A stretch of 32,000 nt of DNA from Horticoccus luteus (GTDB lineage Bacteria; Verrucomicrobiota; Verrucomicrobiia; Opitutales; Opitutaceae): contig NZ_CP080507.1 in the NCBI RefSeq assembly GCF_019464535.1, forward strand, positions 630,001-662,000, read 5' to 3'. Position 1 is the first letter of the stretch. Each line of letters opens with the position of its first letter. Below, in pieces: positions 1 through 8,351 of the stretch. The notes beneath the pieces are model-generated. The model saw nothing but the letters and a program-made list of their open reading frames with translations. It was not told the origin of the DNA and searched no databases. The position numbers and the translations under genes are program-made.

Positions 1-7
1 GCGGCGA

Positions 8-841
8 TCAGAGCTGGGCGAGGCCGCGCTTGGCGGCTTCGCGCACGGAGCGGTCGACGGCGGTGTCGCGCGTGAGTTGCTCGAGGGTGCCGGCGGCCTC
101 GCGGTCGCGGGCGGCGACGAGAAAGTCGATCATCGACACTTGGACGAGGGGGCTTTGTTCGCGGGGGAGTGACGCGAGCACGCCGGCGCGGACAACGTCT
201 TCGCCGGCGTGCGGGTAAAGCGCATCGAGGGCGGTGAGGCGGACGTTGACGCTGGGATCGAGGGCGAGTGCGCCGATGAGTTGAGTGAGCACCTGCGGAT
301 CGGCTTTCGCGGCGGCCATGGAGGAGAGGACGCCTTGCAGGCGCTCGGGCGTGGAGCGTTCCTGCAGGAGCGAATAACTGACGAGTTGGCCCATCGAATC
401 GACGCGGTGCCGCAAGTCCGCGAGTTCGCGCGCCGTGGCGGGATCTGCGGCGGGAGCGGCGGCCGGGATGACCGCGGGTGGAGCGTAGCGGGTGCCGGCG
501 AGGAAGCCGACGATGAGCAGGCCGCAGGCGGCGACGGGGGCGAAGATCCAGCGCAAGAGCGTAGAGCGCGTGCGTTGCGAGGCGCGACGCGCGGCCGCGG
601 CGACGCTGGCGGCGGAGTTTTTCTCCTCTTCGAGCAGCGCGTAAAAGTGGGTGCGCAGGCGGGGACTGGGGGCGGGGGCGGGCAGGGCGTCGAGGGCCGC
701 CAGGGTTTTATTGAGGGCGGCAAATTCGCGCTGGCAGTCGGGGCAATGGGCGAGATGCGCGCGCACATCCGCCGCGACGGGCGCGGCGAGGCGTTGATCG
801 AGCAAGTCCGGAAAGTGGTCGCGGGCCAGGGTGCAGTTCAT
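8..841 (-). CDS. anti-sigma factor: zf-HC2 N-terminus, single TM helix, HEAT-like C-terminal repeats
   Basis: Starts at the internal Met (MNCTLARDHF...). The zf-HC2 signature is HLAHCPDCQ. There is one hydrophobic helix (LLRWIFAPVAACGLLIVGFLAG). The C-terminal region has HEAT-like repeats (DPSVNVRLTALDAL, SPLVQVSMIDFL, DRSVREAAKRGL). Its ATG (839-841) overlaps the upstream sigma gene's stop (838-840) as ATGA. Confidence 0.75.
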   Translation of the reverse strand: MNCTLARDHFPDLLDQRLAAPVAADVRAHLAHCPDCQREFAALNKTLAALDALPAPAPSPRLRTHFYALLEEEKNSAASVAAAARRASQRTRSTLLRWIFAPVAACGLLIVGFLAGTRYAPPAVIPAAAPAADPATARELADLRHRVDSMGQLVSYSLLQERSTPERLQGVLSSMAAAKADPQVLTQLIGALALDPSVNVRLTALDALYPHAGEDVVRAGVLASLPREQSPLVQVSMIDFLVAARDREAAGTLEQLTRDTAVDRSVREAAKRGLAQL

Positions 842-1482
842 GACAAGGGCTCCTTTTGCAGTTGAAAATAGTGGTCGCGCAAGGCGCGGAGGGCGCGGTG
901 CGCGCGGACTTTCGCGGCGCCGACGGAGCATTCAAGGATGCCGGCGATCTCGGCGAACGAGAGTTCTTGAAAGCGGCTGAGGAGGAGGACCTCGCGGTCG
1001 TCGCGGGCGAGGCGGCCGAGCGCGGTGTGGAGCAGCGCATGGTCGTCACGGGTCGTGGCGCGGTCGCTGGCGTCGGGCGCGTCGTCCGCGTGCGTGTGCA
1101 GGATAGCGGGATCGGTGGCGGTGGGCAGCCGGGTGGACTGGCGAAAATGGTCGGCGGCGCAGCGGCGGGCGAGTTGGTAGAGCCAGGCGGTGAACGACCC
1201 TTCATCGCGGTAGGTGTGGCGGTATTTGAGAATGCGTTGAAAGACGATCTGCGCGATGTCTTCCGCAGCCGCGCGCTGGCCAGTGAGCTTGTAAAGAAAA
1301 CCGAAGAGGGGACCGTGGTGGCGTTCGAAGAGTTCGCCCAGTGAATCGAGTTCCCCATCGCGAACGGCGAGCATGAGGGCGTGATCGGAGGCGGGGGTGG
1401 CGGTGTCCACGGCGAAGCGGGCGCGAGCGTTAGCCGCCGGTGGGCGGGAGGAAATGCGGAAATCGGTCAGGTCGGCGATCAC
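838..1482 (-). CDS. ECF-type RNA polymerase sigma-70 family factor
   Basis: Region 2-like segment: DIAQIVFQRILKYRHTYRDEGSFTAWLYQLARR. Region 4 HTH: REVLLLSRFQELSFAEIAGILECSVGAAKVRAHRALRAL. It is translationally coupled to the anti-sigma gene. The start is uncertain: in-frame GTG at 1410 and ATG at 1374 are alternatives. Confidence 0.85.
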   Translation of the reverse strand: MIADLTDFRISSRPPAANARARFAVDTATPASDHALMLAVRDGELDSLGELFERHHGPLFGFLYKLTGQRAAAEDIAQIVFQRILKYRHTYRDEGSFTAWLYQLARRCAADHFRQSTRLPTATDPAILHTHADDAPDASDRATTRDDHALLHTALGRLARDDREVLLLSRFQELSFAEIAGILECSVGAAKVRAHRALRALRDHYFQLQKEPLS

Positions 1483-1650
1483 GGCGATACATGGAGGTCA
1501 GTGGCGAGGGAAACCGAGGAGGCGGCGAAAGGTTACAGAGAATTTCCCGGCCGCGTGGGACGTGCGTTGGGCGCGCGAGCCGCGCGGGAGGAGGCGAGCT
1601 TTCGTGCGGCGGGAGATTGCGTCGGGCGGGAGGTTGCGCATGGTCGCAGC

Positions 1651-2631
1651 ATGAACCGACGCGATTTCCTCGTAAGTTCCTCGGCCGCGATGTTCACGGG
1701 TTGGGCAGTGGGAAAAGGCAAGGAGTCGGCGTCGTCGGCCACGGCGTCCGCAGCAGGGCAGAAGGCCGCGGCGAGCGCAGCGACGGCCACGGAATTTCGA
1801 ACCCTACGGCGCGACGTGGGGGTGTTTACAGGCCGGGGCGGCACGATCGGCTGGCTGGCGGACAAGGACGCGCTCGCGATCGTCGATACGCAGTTTCCCG
1901 ACACGGCAGGGATCTGCCTGGGCGGATTGCCGGGGCGCAAGGACCGGCGGATCGACGTGGTGTTGAATACGCATCACCACGCCGATCACACCAGTGGCAA
2001 CGGCATCTTCCGGCCGGTGGCGCGGACGATCGTCGCGCAGGCGAACGTGCCGAAGTTGCAATTCGCGGCGGCGGAGCGGGCGGAGCGCAATCCCAACGTG
2101 TCGTCGTGGGCGCGCCTGACCCAGCAGGTTTACGCCGACACGACTTTCCCTGAAGTCTGGCGGCACGACGTGGGCGGCGAAGTGATGACGGCGCAGTTCA
2201 ACGGGCCGGGCCACACCGGCGGCGACGCGGTGATCACGTTTGAGCGGGCGAACGTGGTGCACATGGGCGATCTGGTATTTAACCGCATCTACCCGGTGAT
2301 CGATCGGGCGGGTGGCGCCTCGATTCGGAATTGGATCAAGATTCTGGCGGAGGCGCAGCGCGACTATCCGGCGGACGCGATTTATATATACGGCCACGGC
2401 AATCCGAAGTTCGGGGTGACGGGCACGCGGAGCGATCTCGGCGTCATGCATGATTATCTGACGGCGTTGGTCGACTATACGCAGAAGCAGATCGACGCGG
2501 GCAAAGCGAAGGCGGAGATCGTGACTTTGGAAAACATGCCCGGTTTCGAGGACTTTCACGCGCCGGCACCGAACCGCCTGGCGGGAAACCTAGCCGACGC
2601 CTACGACGAGTTGACGGCGAAGGCGGGTTGA
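1651..2631 (+). CDS. MBL-fold metallo-hydrolase with twin-arginine (Tat) signal peptide
   Basis: The internal ATG at 1651 gives MNRRDFLVSSSAAMFTGWAVG, an RRxFL Tat motif. The metallo-beta-lactamase signature HHHADHTSGN (HxHxDH) is present. The 90 upstream codons of the track ORF are Gly/Arg-rich and look non-coding. Confidence 0.8.
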   Translation: MNRRDFLVSSSAAMFTGWAVGKGKESASSATASAAGQKAAASAATATEFRTLRRDVGVFTGRGGTIGWLADKDALAIVDTQFPDTAGICLGGLPGRKDRRIDVVLNTHHHADHTSGNGIFRPVARTIVAQANVPKLQFAAAERAERNPNVSSWARLTQQVYADTTFPEVWRHDVGGEVMTAQFNGPGHTGGDAVITFERANVVHMGDLVFNRIYPVIDRAGGASIRNWIKILAEAQRDYPADAIYIYGHGNPKFGVTGTRSDLGVMHDYLTALVDYTQKQIDAGKAKAEIVTLENMPGFEDFHAPAPNRLAGNLADAYDELTAKAG

Positions 2632-2817
2632 GAGCGGGAGTAAAACTTGGAGAGTAGTTGTAGCGTCGGTTGCACGGCGCAGACGAGCGGGAATTCCCGA
2701 GTTTTGGAGTGGTGTTATGATAGAGAGGGTTCACTGTAAGTGCTCTAGAATGAGAGAATTCTCCATGTTCTTCACGCCGGATGATTTTGCGCGTTCTCGG
2801 ATTTCATTGTCGTTGCG

Positions 2818-5800
2818 GTGAAGACCAAGGCGCTGAGGTTAGCCGGAACGGTCCTTGATCTTACTGCCGTAGCTTTATTCTGTATTCTCGCTTTTTGGCC
2901 CCGCGGCAGTGCCGACTTTGCCGATACAGCTGCGGGACCCCGTTCGGGACTTAATATTGCGCACGCTGTTGTCGGCGCACGTTCGGCGATTCCGCTAGGG
3001 CCAGCGCACCACCGACCGCTCACAAAGAGCGAAGAAGAAACTCTTGCCGCCATGCGCACGGCGTTACGGGTGCACAACCCGACCGCGAACCACCGCCTTC
3101 AGAGTGTGCCAGTTAGGGCGCGCAATTTTCCGGCGCCGCTGGAACCGCAACTTTCCACGGCCCAGCGGAAAGTGCTTCAAAAGCTAAGGTGGGGTCCGGC
3201 TAAAGAGCTTATGTATCGAGGCGATGCCGCCGATGCCACGGTGCGCACCTTAGCGTCTCCGGCGTTGGCGTTGGGCAGTCCGGGCGGTCCTGAAGAGGCG
3301 GTGAGTGCGGTGATACGGTTTACGCAAACCAACAAGGAACTGTTCCTGCTCAGCAACCCGGCTCAGGAACTCGCAGTAACGACGATCGACGCGATCGACG
3401 GCTCGGGCTACGTGGTTCGGCTCCAGCAGCGTTACGATGGAATACCTGTCTGGCCGAGCGAAATAATTGGCAACGTGAGCGAAACCGGCGTGCTGACGGT
3501 TATTGCGGGAAGTTACATTCCCACGCCCTCGCTGGCTTCCACCCAACCGTCGATTGAGAAGGCCGAGGCGATCGAGGTTGCACTGGCGCGTGGGGGCTTT
3601 CCGGCGGCAGCCCAAGGGTTGACGACTGAAGCGAAGCTCGTGGTTTTCGGCGACAAAGGGAACGTCCCAGAGTTGGCCTATCACGTGACAATGGAGACGC
3701 CAGACGAGCGGCGGAGTACATTCGTCAGCGCGGTGACTGGACTGGTGCTTTTGAGCTACTCCGAGATCTGCGATGCGAGTGCCACCGGTTCTGGGGTAGA
3801 TTTGCTTGGTGCGACTCGCACGTTAAACGTATCGACCAGTGGAGCATCCTACGTCCTCAAAGACACTTCAAAGGCGATGTATGTACCGGCGACCGGCAAG
3901 GGAGCGATTTCGATTTACGACGCTGGAGAAGTGGCTACCTCGAGTCCGCCTATTGGTGGTTCGGCGAATCTGAATGGCGGTTATGTGCCTGCAGCGGTCA
4001 GTGCAGCCTACAACCTTAGTCGTGTGTATGATTTCTATGCGGGCGCACTGTCCCGAATTTCCTTCGATAATCTAGGCGCTGACGTTATCGCCGTCGTCCG
4101 CGCCCGCAATGCCGACGGCACTACTCTCAGCAATGCTTTTTGGAATAGCCACTTTCTGACGTTTGGATCTGGTGATCGTTATCCTGCCGCTCTGGACGTC
4201 GTTGCGCACGAATTCACTCATGCGGTTACGGGATCTACAGCGCAATTGGTTTACCAAGGAGAGTCGGGCGCTCTTAATGAGAGTTTCTCCGACATCATGG
4301 GAGAAGCCTGTGAGGGATACATGACAGGAGCGGCCGACTGGTTGGTGGGCACTTCGCTCTTACGCCCGTCGCGGAGCCTGAGCGCCCCGGCTCTCTTTGG
4401 GCAGCCCGCCTCAATGTCAGGATATGTCAGGACGACTAACGACAACGGAGGGGTGCATATGAACAGCGGCATTCCCAATCACGCTTTTTACCTGTTGGCG
4501 GAAGGGCTAGAGGGCGGAGGCATTGGTATTACGGCAGCCCGCGATATCTTTTATCGTGCGTTGCGTACGAAGTTGACGTCGCGTTCCACGTTTTACGATC
4601 TGCGGAGCGCTTGCGTCCTTGCGGCAGGCGAACTTTACGGCGCGGGCGAAATCCAGGCCCAAAAAACAGGCCAAGCGTTCGACGCGGTGGAAATCTATGA
4701 CGCGGCGAGCGTCGCAGAACCTCAGGATTTAACGCCGGTCAGCGGTGCCGATGCCTACTTATTCGTCTACAAGGAGCTCGACGGAAATTCCTATTTGAAG
4801 AGGCGCGAGGCGGCGCGGGGAGATGGCTCTGCCCTCGTTCCCATTTCCGCCCAACCGGTGAGTGTATCCACACGCGTTTCTATTACTGCGGACGGATCGA
4901 CGGCGGTGTTTGTGAGCGCAACACATGATCTGGTGGCGGTTGGCACCGATGGCAGCTTCGACGAACGCGCCCGAGCTCCCGGCGTGTTTAACTCCGTTTC
5001 CATTTCGGCGGATGGTAAATACTTAGCCGCGATCGCGCGTGATCCGACGACAGGGCGCGCAGCTAACAAGCTCTTTTTCGTTAACCGTGATGATGGAGTG
5101 TCCCAAGCGATTGATCTTTACGCGCCCAGCATGGACGGACCGTCAGGCCTGCAATTGATCGCGGTCGACGAAGTGGATCTATCTCCCGACGGGCAAATTG
5201 CCCTTTTTGACGGGCTGGCGAGCACAACCCTAGGAGATGGCACAATGATAAAAGGATGGTCGATTTTTGCCGTCGATCTGCAAACTCTATCGATCTATTC
5301 TCTGGCCGGACCATATGCCGGTATTGATATCGGCAATCCCAGTTTCGGACGCGTCTCATCTGGTCGTGCGCTTCTTGAGTTTAATAGTCCGACATCTTCC
5401 GGGGTAATAGCAGTCGATTTGCTACATGGTGCGGTCGCAACGGTTAGCAGTTATAGCCCTGGTTCAATCTATTACGCGTATCCGCGCTATTCCGCTGCGG
5501 ACGATTTCGTTGTCTTTACGAACGATTATTTTGATTTTGGCAGCCTTTCCTATCAGCCGCGGGTCGCCCGCATTTCTCTCCAGCCGGACAAAATTACCCC
5601 GAAAGGCGTGTCATCGGTCTTGAATGCTCCGGCCTATAGCGGGCTCAGTTACAGGCGTGGAGTTTTCGCGGGTCCACCGCTGCTCACAGTTTCAGTGTTG
5701 GCCACTTCGATCGGCAAAGGCCAATCCACCGCGTTTCGGATTAGCCGGATCGGCGGCGACCAAGCGATCCGAGTGCCGGTGTTATTTAAAGCTACCGGCA

Positions 5801-7014
5801 CCGCTCGACCCGGCATTGACTTCAATCCTGTCCCTCTGGGCGTTGATCTCCCGGCTGGCTCCTCTTTTGTCGACGTGCCGATCAGTACGGCTTCAACCGT
5901 CAGCCCCGGGACTCGAACCGTTACGATGGCACTCGATCGGACGAGTTACTACTTGATCTCCGGCGATGGTCAGGCCGTGCTCGCCATCAACGGACCGCCC
6001 GAGATCGTTGTCGCGCCCGAAAGCCAGTTTATTGTCCAGGGCGGCACTGCGGTGTTCAACGTTGGGTTCATCGGTGGAGGCGTCACCTTCCAGTGGTATC
6101 ACGACGGAACAATGATTGCGGGGGCCACTTCTGCGACGTTGTCCTTGGCCAATGTGCAGAAGGGCAGTGCCGGCTCGTATTGGTGCGTGCTGACGAACAC
6201 CGCGGGCTCGACAAGCACGTCGGCGGTAGCTCTTTCGGTAACGCCGGCGGCGTATTTGTCGAACTTGTCGGTGCGGGCCAGCCTGCCGGCCGGCGAGACG
6301 CTCATCACCGGGTTTGTCGTGGAAGGCGGTGCGAAGCCGGTGTTAGTCCGCGCGGCCGGGCCGGCGCTCAATCGCTACGGCATCACGGGTTGCTCCGATC
6401 CCGGCCTAAAACTCTTCAACGCGATCAATACTTTGGTCGGTGAGAACGACGATTGGGACATGTCACTGGCGTCGGTCTTCGGCGACTTAGGCGCATTTCA
6501 GTTCGATGTCGGCAGCAAGGACGCGGCGTTTATGCCATCGTTTAACGGTCCGCACACCGTCCACGTATCCGGCGCCGCAACTGGCTTAGTGCTCGTTGAA
6601 GCCTATGATGCAGGCTCAAACGACGGCCGGGCCCTCGTCAACGTTTCGGCGAGATATCACGTAGGAACGGGTAGTGAAATTCTGATAGCCGGCATAGTCG
6701 TGGCTGGCGAGGGCTCACGGCAGGTTCTTCTGCGCGCTGTGGGGCCAAAGTTGGCAACATATGGAGTCGCGGATATCTTATCCGACCCGAAGCTGGAGGT
6801 GTATCGCGACGGGACTCTGATCGGATCGAATGATAATTGGGCATCGAGTCTCGAGTCGACATTCTCAGTGGTGGGTGCTTTTCCTCTCGAAACTGGGAGC
6901 AAGGATGCTGCGATGGTCCTCGAACTTGCTGCAGGCCGGCCCTACACGATCCAAGTATCTGGCGCAAATGGCGGGTCGGGTGAAGCGTTAGTGGAAGTTT
7001 ACGCGTTGCCGTAG
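2818..7014 (+). CDS. secreted multidomain M4 (thermolysin-family) zinc metalloprotease
   Basis: GTG start followed by a hydrophobic signal/anchor (LDLTAVALFCILAFW). Zinc site HEFTH starts at 4207, with the third ligand in GALNESFSD and GGVHMNSGIPNHAFY (M4 C-lobe). Approximate downstream modules:
- 4717-5680: PD40/TolB-like beta-propeller repeats (ITADGSTAVF, ISADGKYLAA, LSPDGQIALF).
- 5680-5990: Calx-beta-like domain (FKATGTARPGIDF...VDVPI).
- 5995-6244: Ig I-set-like domain (FQWYHDGTMIAGATSATLSL...GSYWCVLTN).
- 6244-7011: two copies of a ~127-aa module also found at the C-terminus of the 19350-29105 protein. Confidence 0.85.
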   Translation: MKTKALRLAGTVLDLTAVALFCILAFWPRGSADFADTAAGPRSGLNIAHAVVGARSAIPLGPAHHRPLTKSEEETLAAMRTALRVHNPTANHRLQSVPVRARNFPAPLEPQLSTAQRKVLQKLRWGPAKELMYRGDAADATVRTLASPALALGSPGGPEEAVSAVIRFTQTNKELFLLSNPAQELAVTTIDAIDGSGYVVRLQQRYDGIPVWPSEIIGNVSETGVLTVIAGSYIPTPSLASTQPSIEKAEAIEVALARGGFPAAAQGLTTEAKLVVFGDKGNVPELAYHVTMETPDERRSTFVSAVTGLVLLSYSEICDASATGSGVDLLGATRTLNVSTSGASYVLKDTSKAMYVPATGKGAISIYDAGEVATSSPPIGGSANLNGGYVPAAVSAAYNLSRVYDFYAGALSRISFDNLGADVIAVVRARNADGTTLSNAFWNSHFLTFGSGDRYPAALDVVAHEFTHAVTGSTAQLVYQGESGALNESFSDIMGEACEGYMTGAADWLVGTSLLRPSRSLSAPALFGQPASMSGYVRTTNDNGGVHMNSGIPNHAFYLLAEGLEGGGIGITAARDIFYRALRTKLTSRSTFYDLRSACVLAAGELYGAGEIQAQKTGQAFDAVEIYDAASVAEPQDLTPVSGADAYLFVYKELDGNSYLKRREAARGDGSALVPISAQPVSVSTRVSITADGSTAVFVSATHDLVAVGTDGSFDERARAPGVFNSVSISADGKYLAAIARDPTTGRAANKLFFVNRDDGVSQAIDLYAPSMDGPSGLQLIAVDEVDLSPDGQIALFDGLASTTLGDGTMIKGWSIFAVDLQTLSIYSLAGPYAGIDIGNPSFGRVSSGRALLEFNSPTSSGVIAVDLLHGAVATVSSYSPGSIYYAYPRYSAADDFVVFTNDYFDFGSLSYQPRVARISLQPDKITPKGVSSVLNAPAYSGLSYRRGVFAGPPLLTVSVLATSIGKGQSTAFRISRIGGDQAIRVPVLFKATGTARPGIDFNPVPLGVDLPAGSSFVDVPISTASTVSPGTRTVTMALDRTSYYLISGDGQAVLAINGPPEIVVAPESQFIVQGGTAVFNVGFIGGGVTFQWYHDGTMIAGATSATLSLANVQKGSAGSYWCVLTNTAGSTSTSAVALSVTPAAYLSNLSVRASLPAGETLITGFVVEGGAKPVLVRAAGPALNRYGITGCSDPGLKLFNAINTLVGENDDWDMSLASVFGDLGAFQFDVGSKDAAFMPSFNGPHTVHVSGAATGLVLVEAYDAGSNDGRALVNVSARYHVGTGSEILIAGIVVAGEGSRQVLLRAVGPKLATYGVADILSDPKLEVYRDGTLIGSNDNWASSLESTFSVVGAFPLETGSKDAAMVLELAAGRPYTIQVSGANGGSGEALVEVYALP

Positions 7015-7105
7015 AATTGAGAAACCCTGGTATCGCGATGATCTTCGCCTAGCATTCTTCTGAGGAGTTAATAGTGCCGGCGGATGGGAGCCGCGGCGAG
7101 TGAGG

Positions 7106-7202
7106 CGCGGGGTGAGGGCACCCAGCCTGCAGTTGGATTTGGTTCGGACGGGGAGCGGGCTGATTATCTTCGAGCGGAGCGGCGGGGTGAGGGCACTGCG
7201 AC
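7106..7202. repeat. pair of REP-like hairpin motifs (core CGGGGTGAGGGCAC) in a convergent intergenic region
   Basis: Core motif starts at 7108 (cggggtgagggcaccc) and 7183 (cggggtgagggcactg), exactly 75 nt apart. The core can fold as a GGGTG/CACCC stem. The same core occurs twice at 10156 and 10231. Confidence 0.5.
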
Positions 7203-7258
7203 TACACGGGAGGCTGAGATGACGGGGCCGGCCGTTTTTAAGAAATCGCTATATAATG

Positions 7259-8326
7259 TCAGTCGTCGTGCGCGAGGTGAGTGGGCGCGGGGGCGTGAAC
7301 GGGGGCGGTGCGCTCGGTGGCGGCAGGGTAGGTGCGGGTGGTGCCGCCCCATTTGTCGCAGCCGCCTTCGCCGCTGGGGCGGACGGTGGGTTTTTGAATA
7401 TCCGCGTAGCCGCGGTAGGCGTAGGGATCCTGGCCGGCGACGATGATGATGTCGCGGTAATCGTAGCGTGCGTTGTGCTGATCGTCAGGGGTCTTGCCCC
7501 ATGGGAGAAACGATTCACAGCTCATGTAGTGGTTCACCAAGGCGCGGCGATAGGTGCCCTCGGGGGCGCGATTGGGCAGCGAGCGGTGCAACAGGTAGCC
7601 GTTGAAAAACACGACTGAGCCGGCGGCGACTTCGACGGGGACGGCCTGTTCGTCGCGATAGGGAAAGCCGACCGATTGATCGGAGCAATCGAAGCGGCGG
7701 TCGCCGTGCCACTGCTGCTCCCAGAGGATACCGGGGCGATGCGAGCCGGGCAGAACCCAGAGGCAGCCGTTGTCGATCGTGGCGCGGTCGAGGGCGATCC
7801 ACGCGCCGGTCAGCGAGCGGTCGCGAGTGGGGATGTAATCTTCGTCCTGGTGCCAGGCCTGGCCGGGTTTGCCGGAGGCTTTGATGAAGAGCATCGATTG
7901 CATGAACTTCACGTTGGGGCCGATGACGTGGGTGAGCGCGGCGACGCTGGGCGCGTTGTGGATGGCGGCGGTCATGACCGCCGAACATTTGTGTGGGAAG
8001 TGGATGCAGAGGAAGCGGCGGAGGACGGAGTCGTCGAGCTCGGCTGGATCGGCGCGCGGGTGATCGGGCAACTCGCCGCGTTCGCCGCGGCAGATGAGGG
8101 TGGTCTCGCGTTTCAGGGTTTCGATTTCGGCGGCGGAGAACGCGTCCTCGAGCACGAGGTAGCCGTTGGCGGCGAAGAAGCGCTGGACGGCCGCGGGATC
8201 GGCGTCGGGCGAGAAGTAGCCGGTCGGGCGGACGGCGGGAAAATCGCTGCGGCGGGTGCCGGCGAAACCGCCGGTGTCAACGACGAGGGAAGGGGCGGCG
8301 GGTGTTTCCAAGATTGCAGAGCTCAT
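7259..8326 (-). CDS. phytanoyl-CoA dioxygenase (PhyH) family Fe(II)/2-oxoglutarate-dependent oxygenase
   Basis: PhyH-like N-terminus (FAANGYLVLEDAFSAAEIETLK). HxD iron motif in AWHQDEDYIP. GCLWVLPGSH and the distal His in FFNGYLLHRSLPN. A ~60-aa C-terminal tail has no obvious domain. Confidence 0.8.
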   Translation of the reverse strand: MSSAILETPAAPSLVVDTGGFAGTRRSDFPAVRPTGYFSPDADPAAVQRFFAANGYLVLEDAFSAAEIETLKRETTLICRGERGELPDHPRADPAELDDSVLRRFLCIHFPHKCSAVMTAAIHNAPSVAALTHVIGPNVKFMQSMLFIKASGKPGQAWHQDEDYIPTRDRSLTGAWIALDRATIDNGCLWVLPGSHRPGILWEQQWHGDRRFDCSDQSVGFPYRDEQAVPVEVAAGSVVFFNGYLLHRSLPNRAPEGTYRRALVNHYMSCESFLPWGKTPDDQHNARYDYRDIIIVAGQDPYAYRGYADIQKPTVRPSGEGGCDKWGGTTRTYPAATERTAPVHAPAPTHLAHDD

Positions 8327-8351
8327 GCGAGGGCATACCTATTAGCACACA

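Noticed and set aside
8-931. Longer 307-aa version of the anti-sigma ORF, and likewise the 416-aa version of the MBL ORF (1381-2631)
   Set aside because: The extra N-terminal residues are Arg/Gly-rich. In the anti-sigma case they overlap the sigma gene. The internal Mets give canonical N-termini: the zf-HC2 domain, and the RRDFL Tat signal respectively.
2688-2699. Perfect 12-nt palindrome cgggaattcccg followed by agtttt after the MBL gene
   Set aside because: As a hairpin it gives only a 4-bp stem with a 4-nt loop. That is insufficient to annotate as a terminator, though it could be a protein-binding site.
7221-7239. GC palindrome ggccggcc followed by ttttt, considered as a terminator for the M4 protease gene
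   Set aside because: The palindrome allows only a 3-4-bp stem with a minimal loop, which is too weak to call. It also lies 200 nt from the stop.
7084-7618. Track ORFs 7084-7446(+) and 7256-7618(+)
   Set aside because: The first is made of the REP-like intergenic repeats (RGEGT twice) and runs antisense into the PhyH gene. The second is wholly antisense to the PhyH gene. Both are low complexity.
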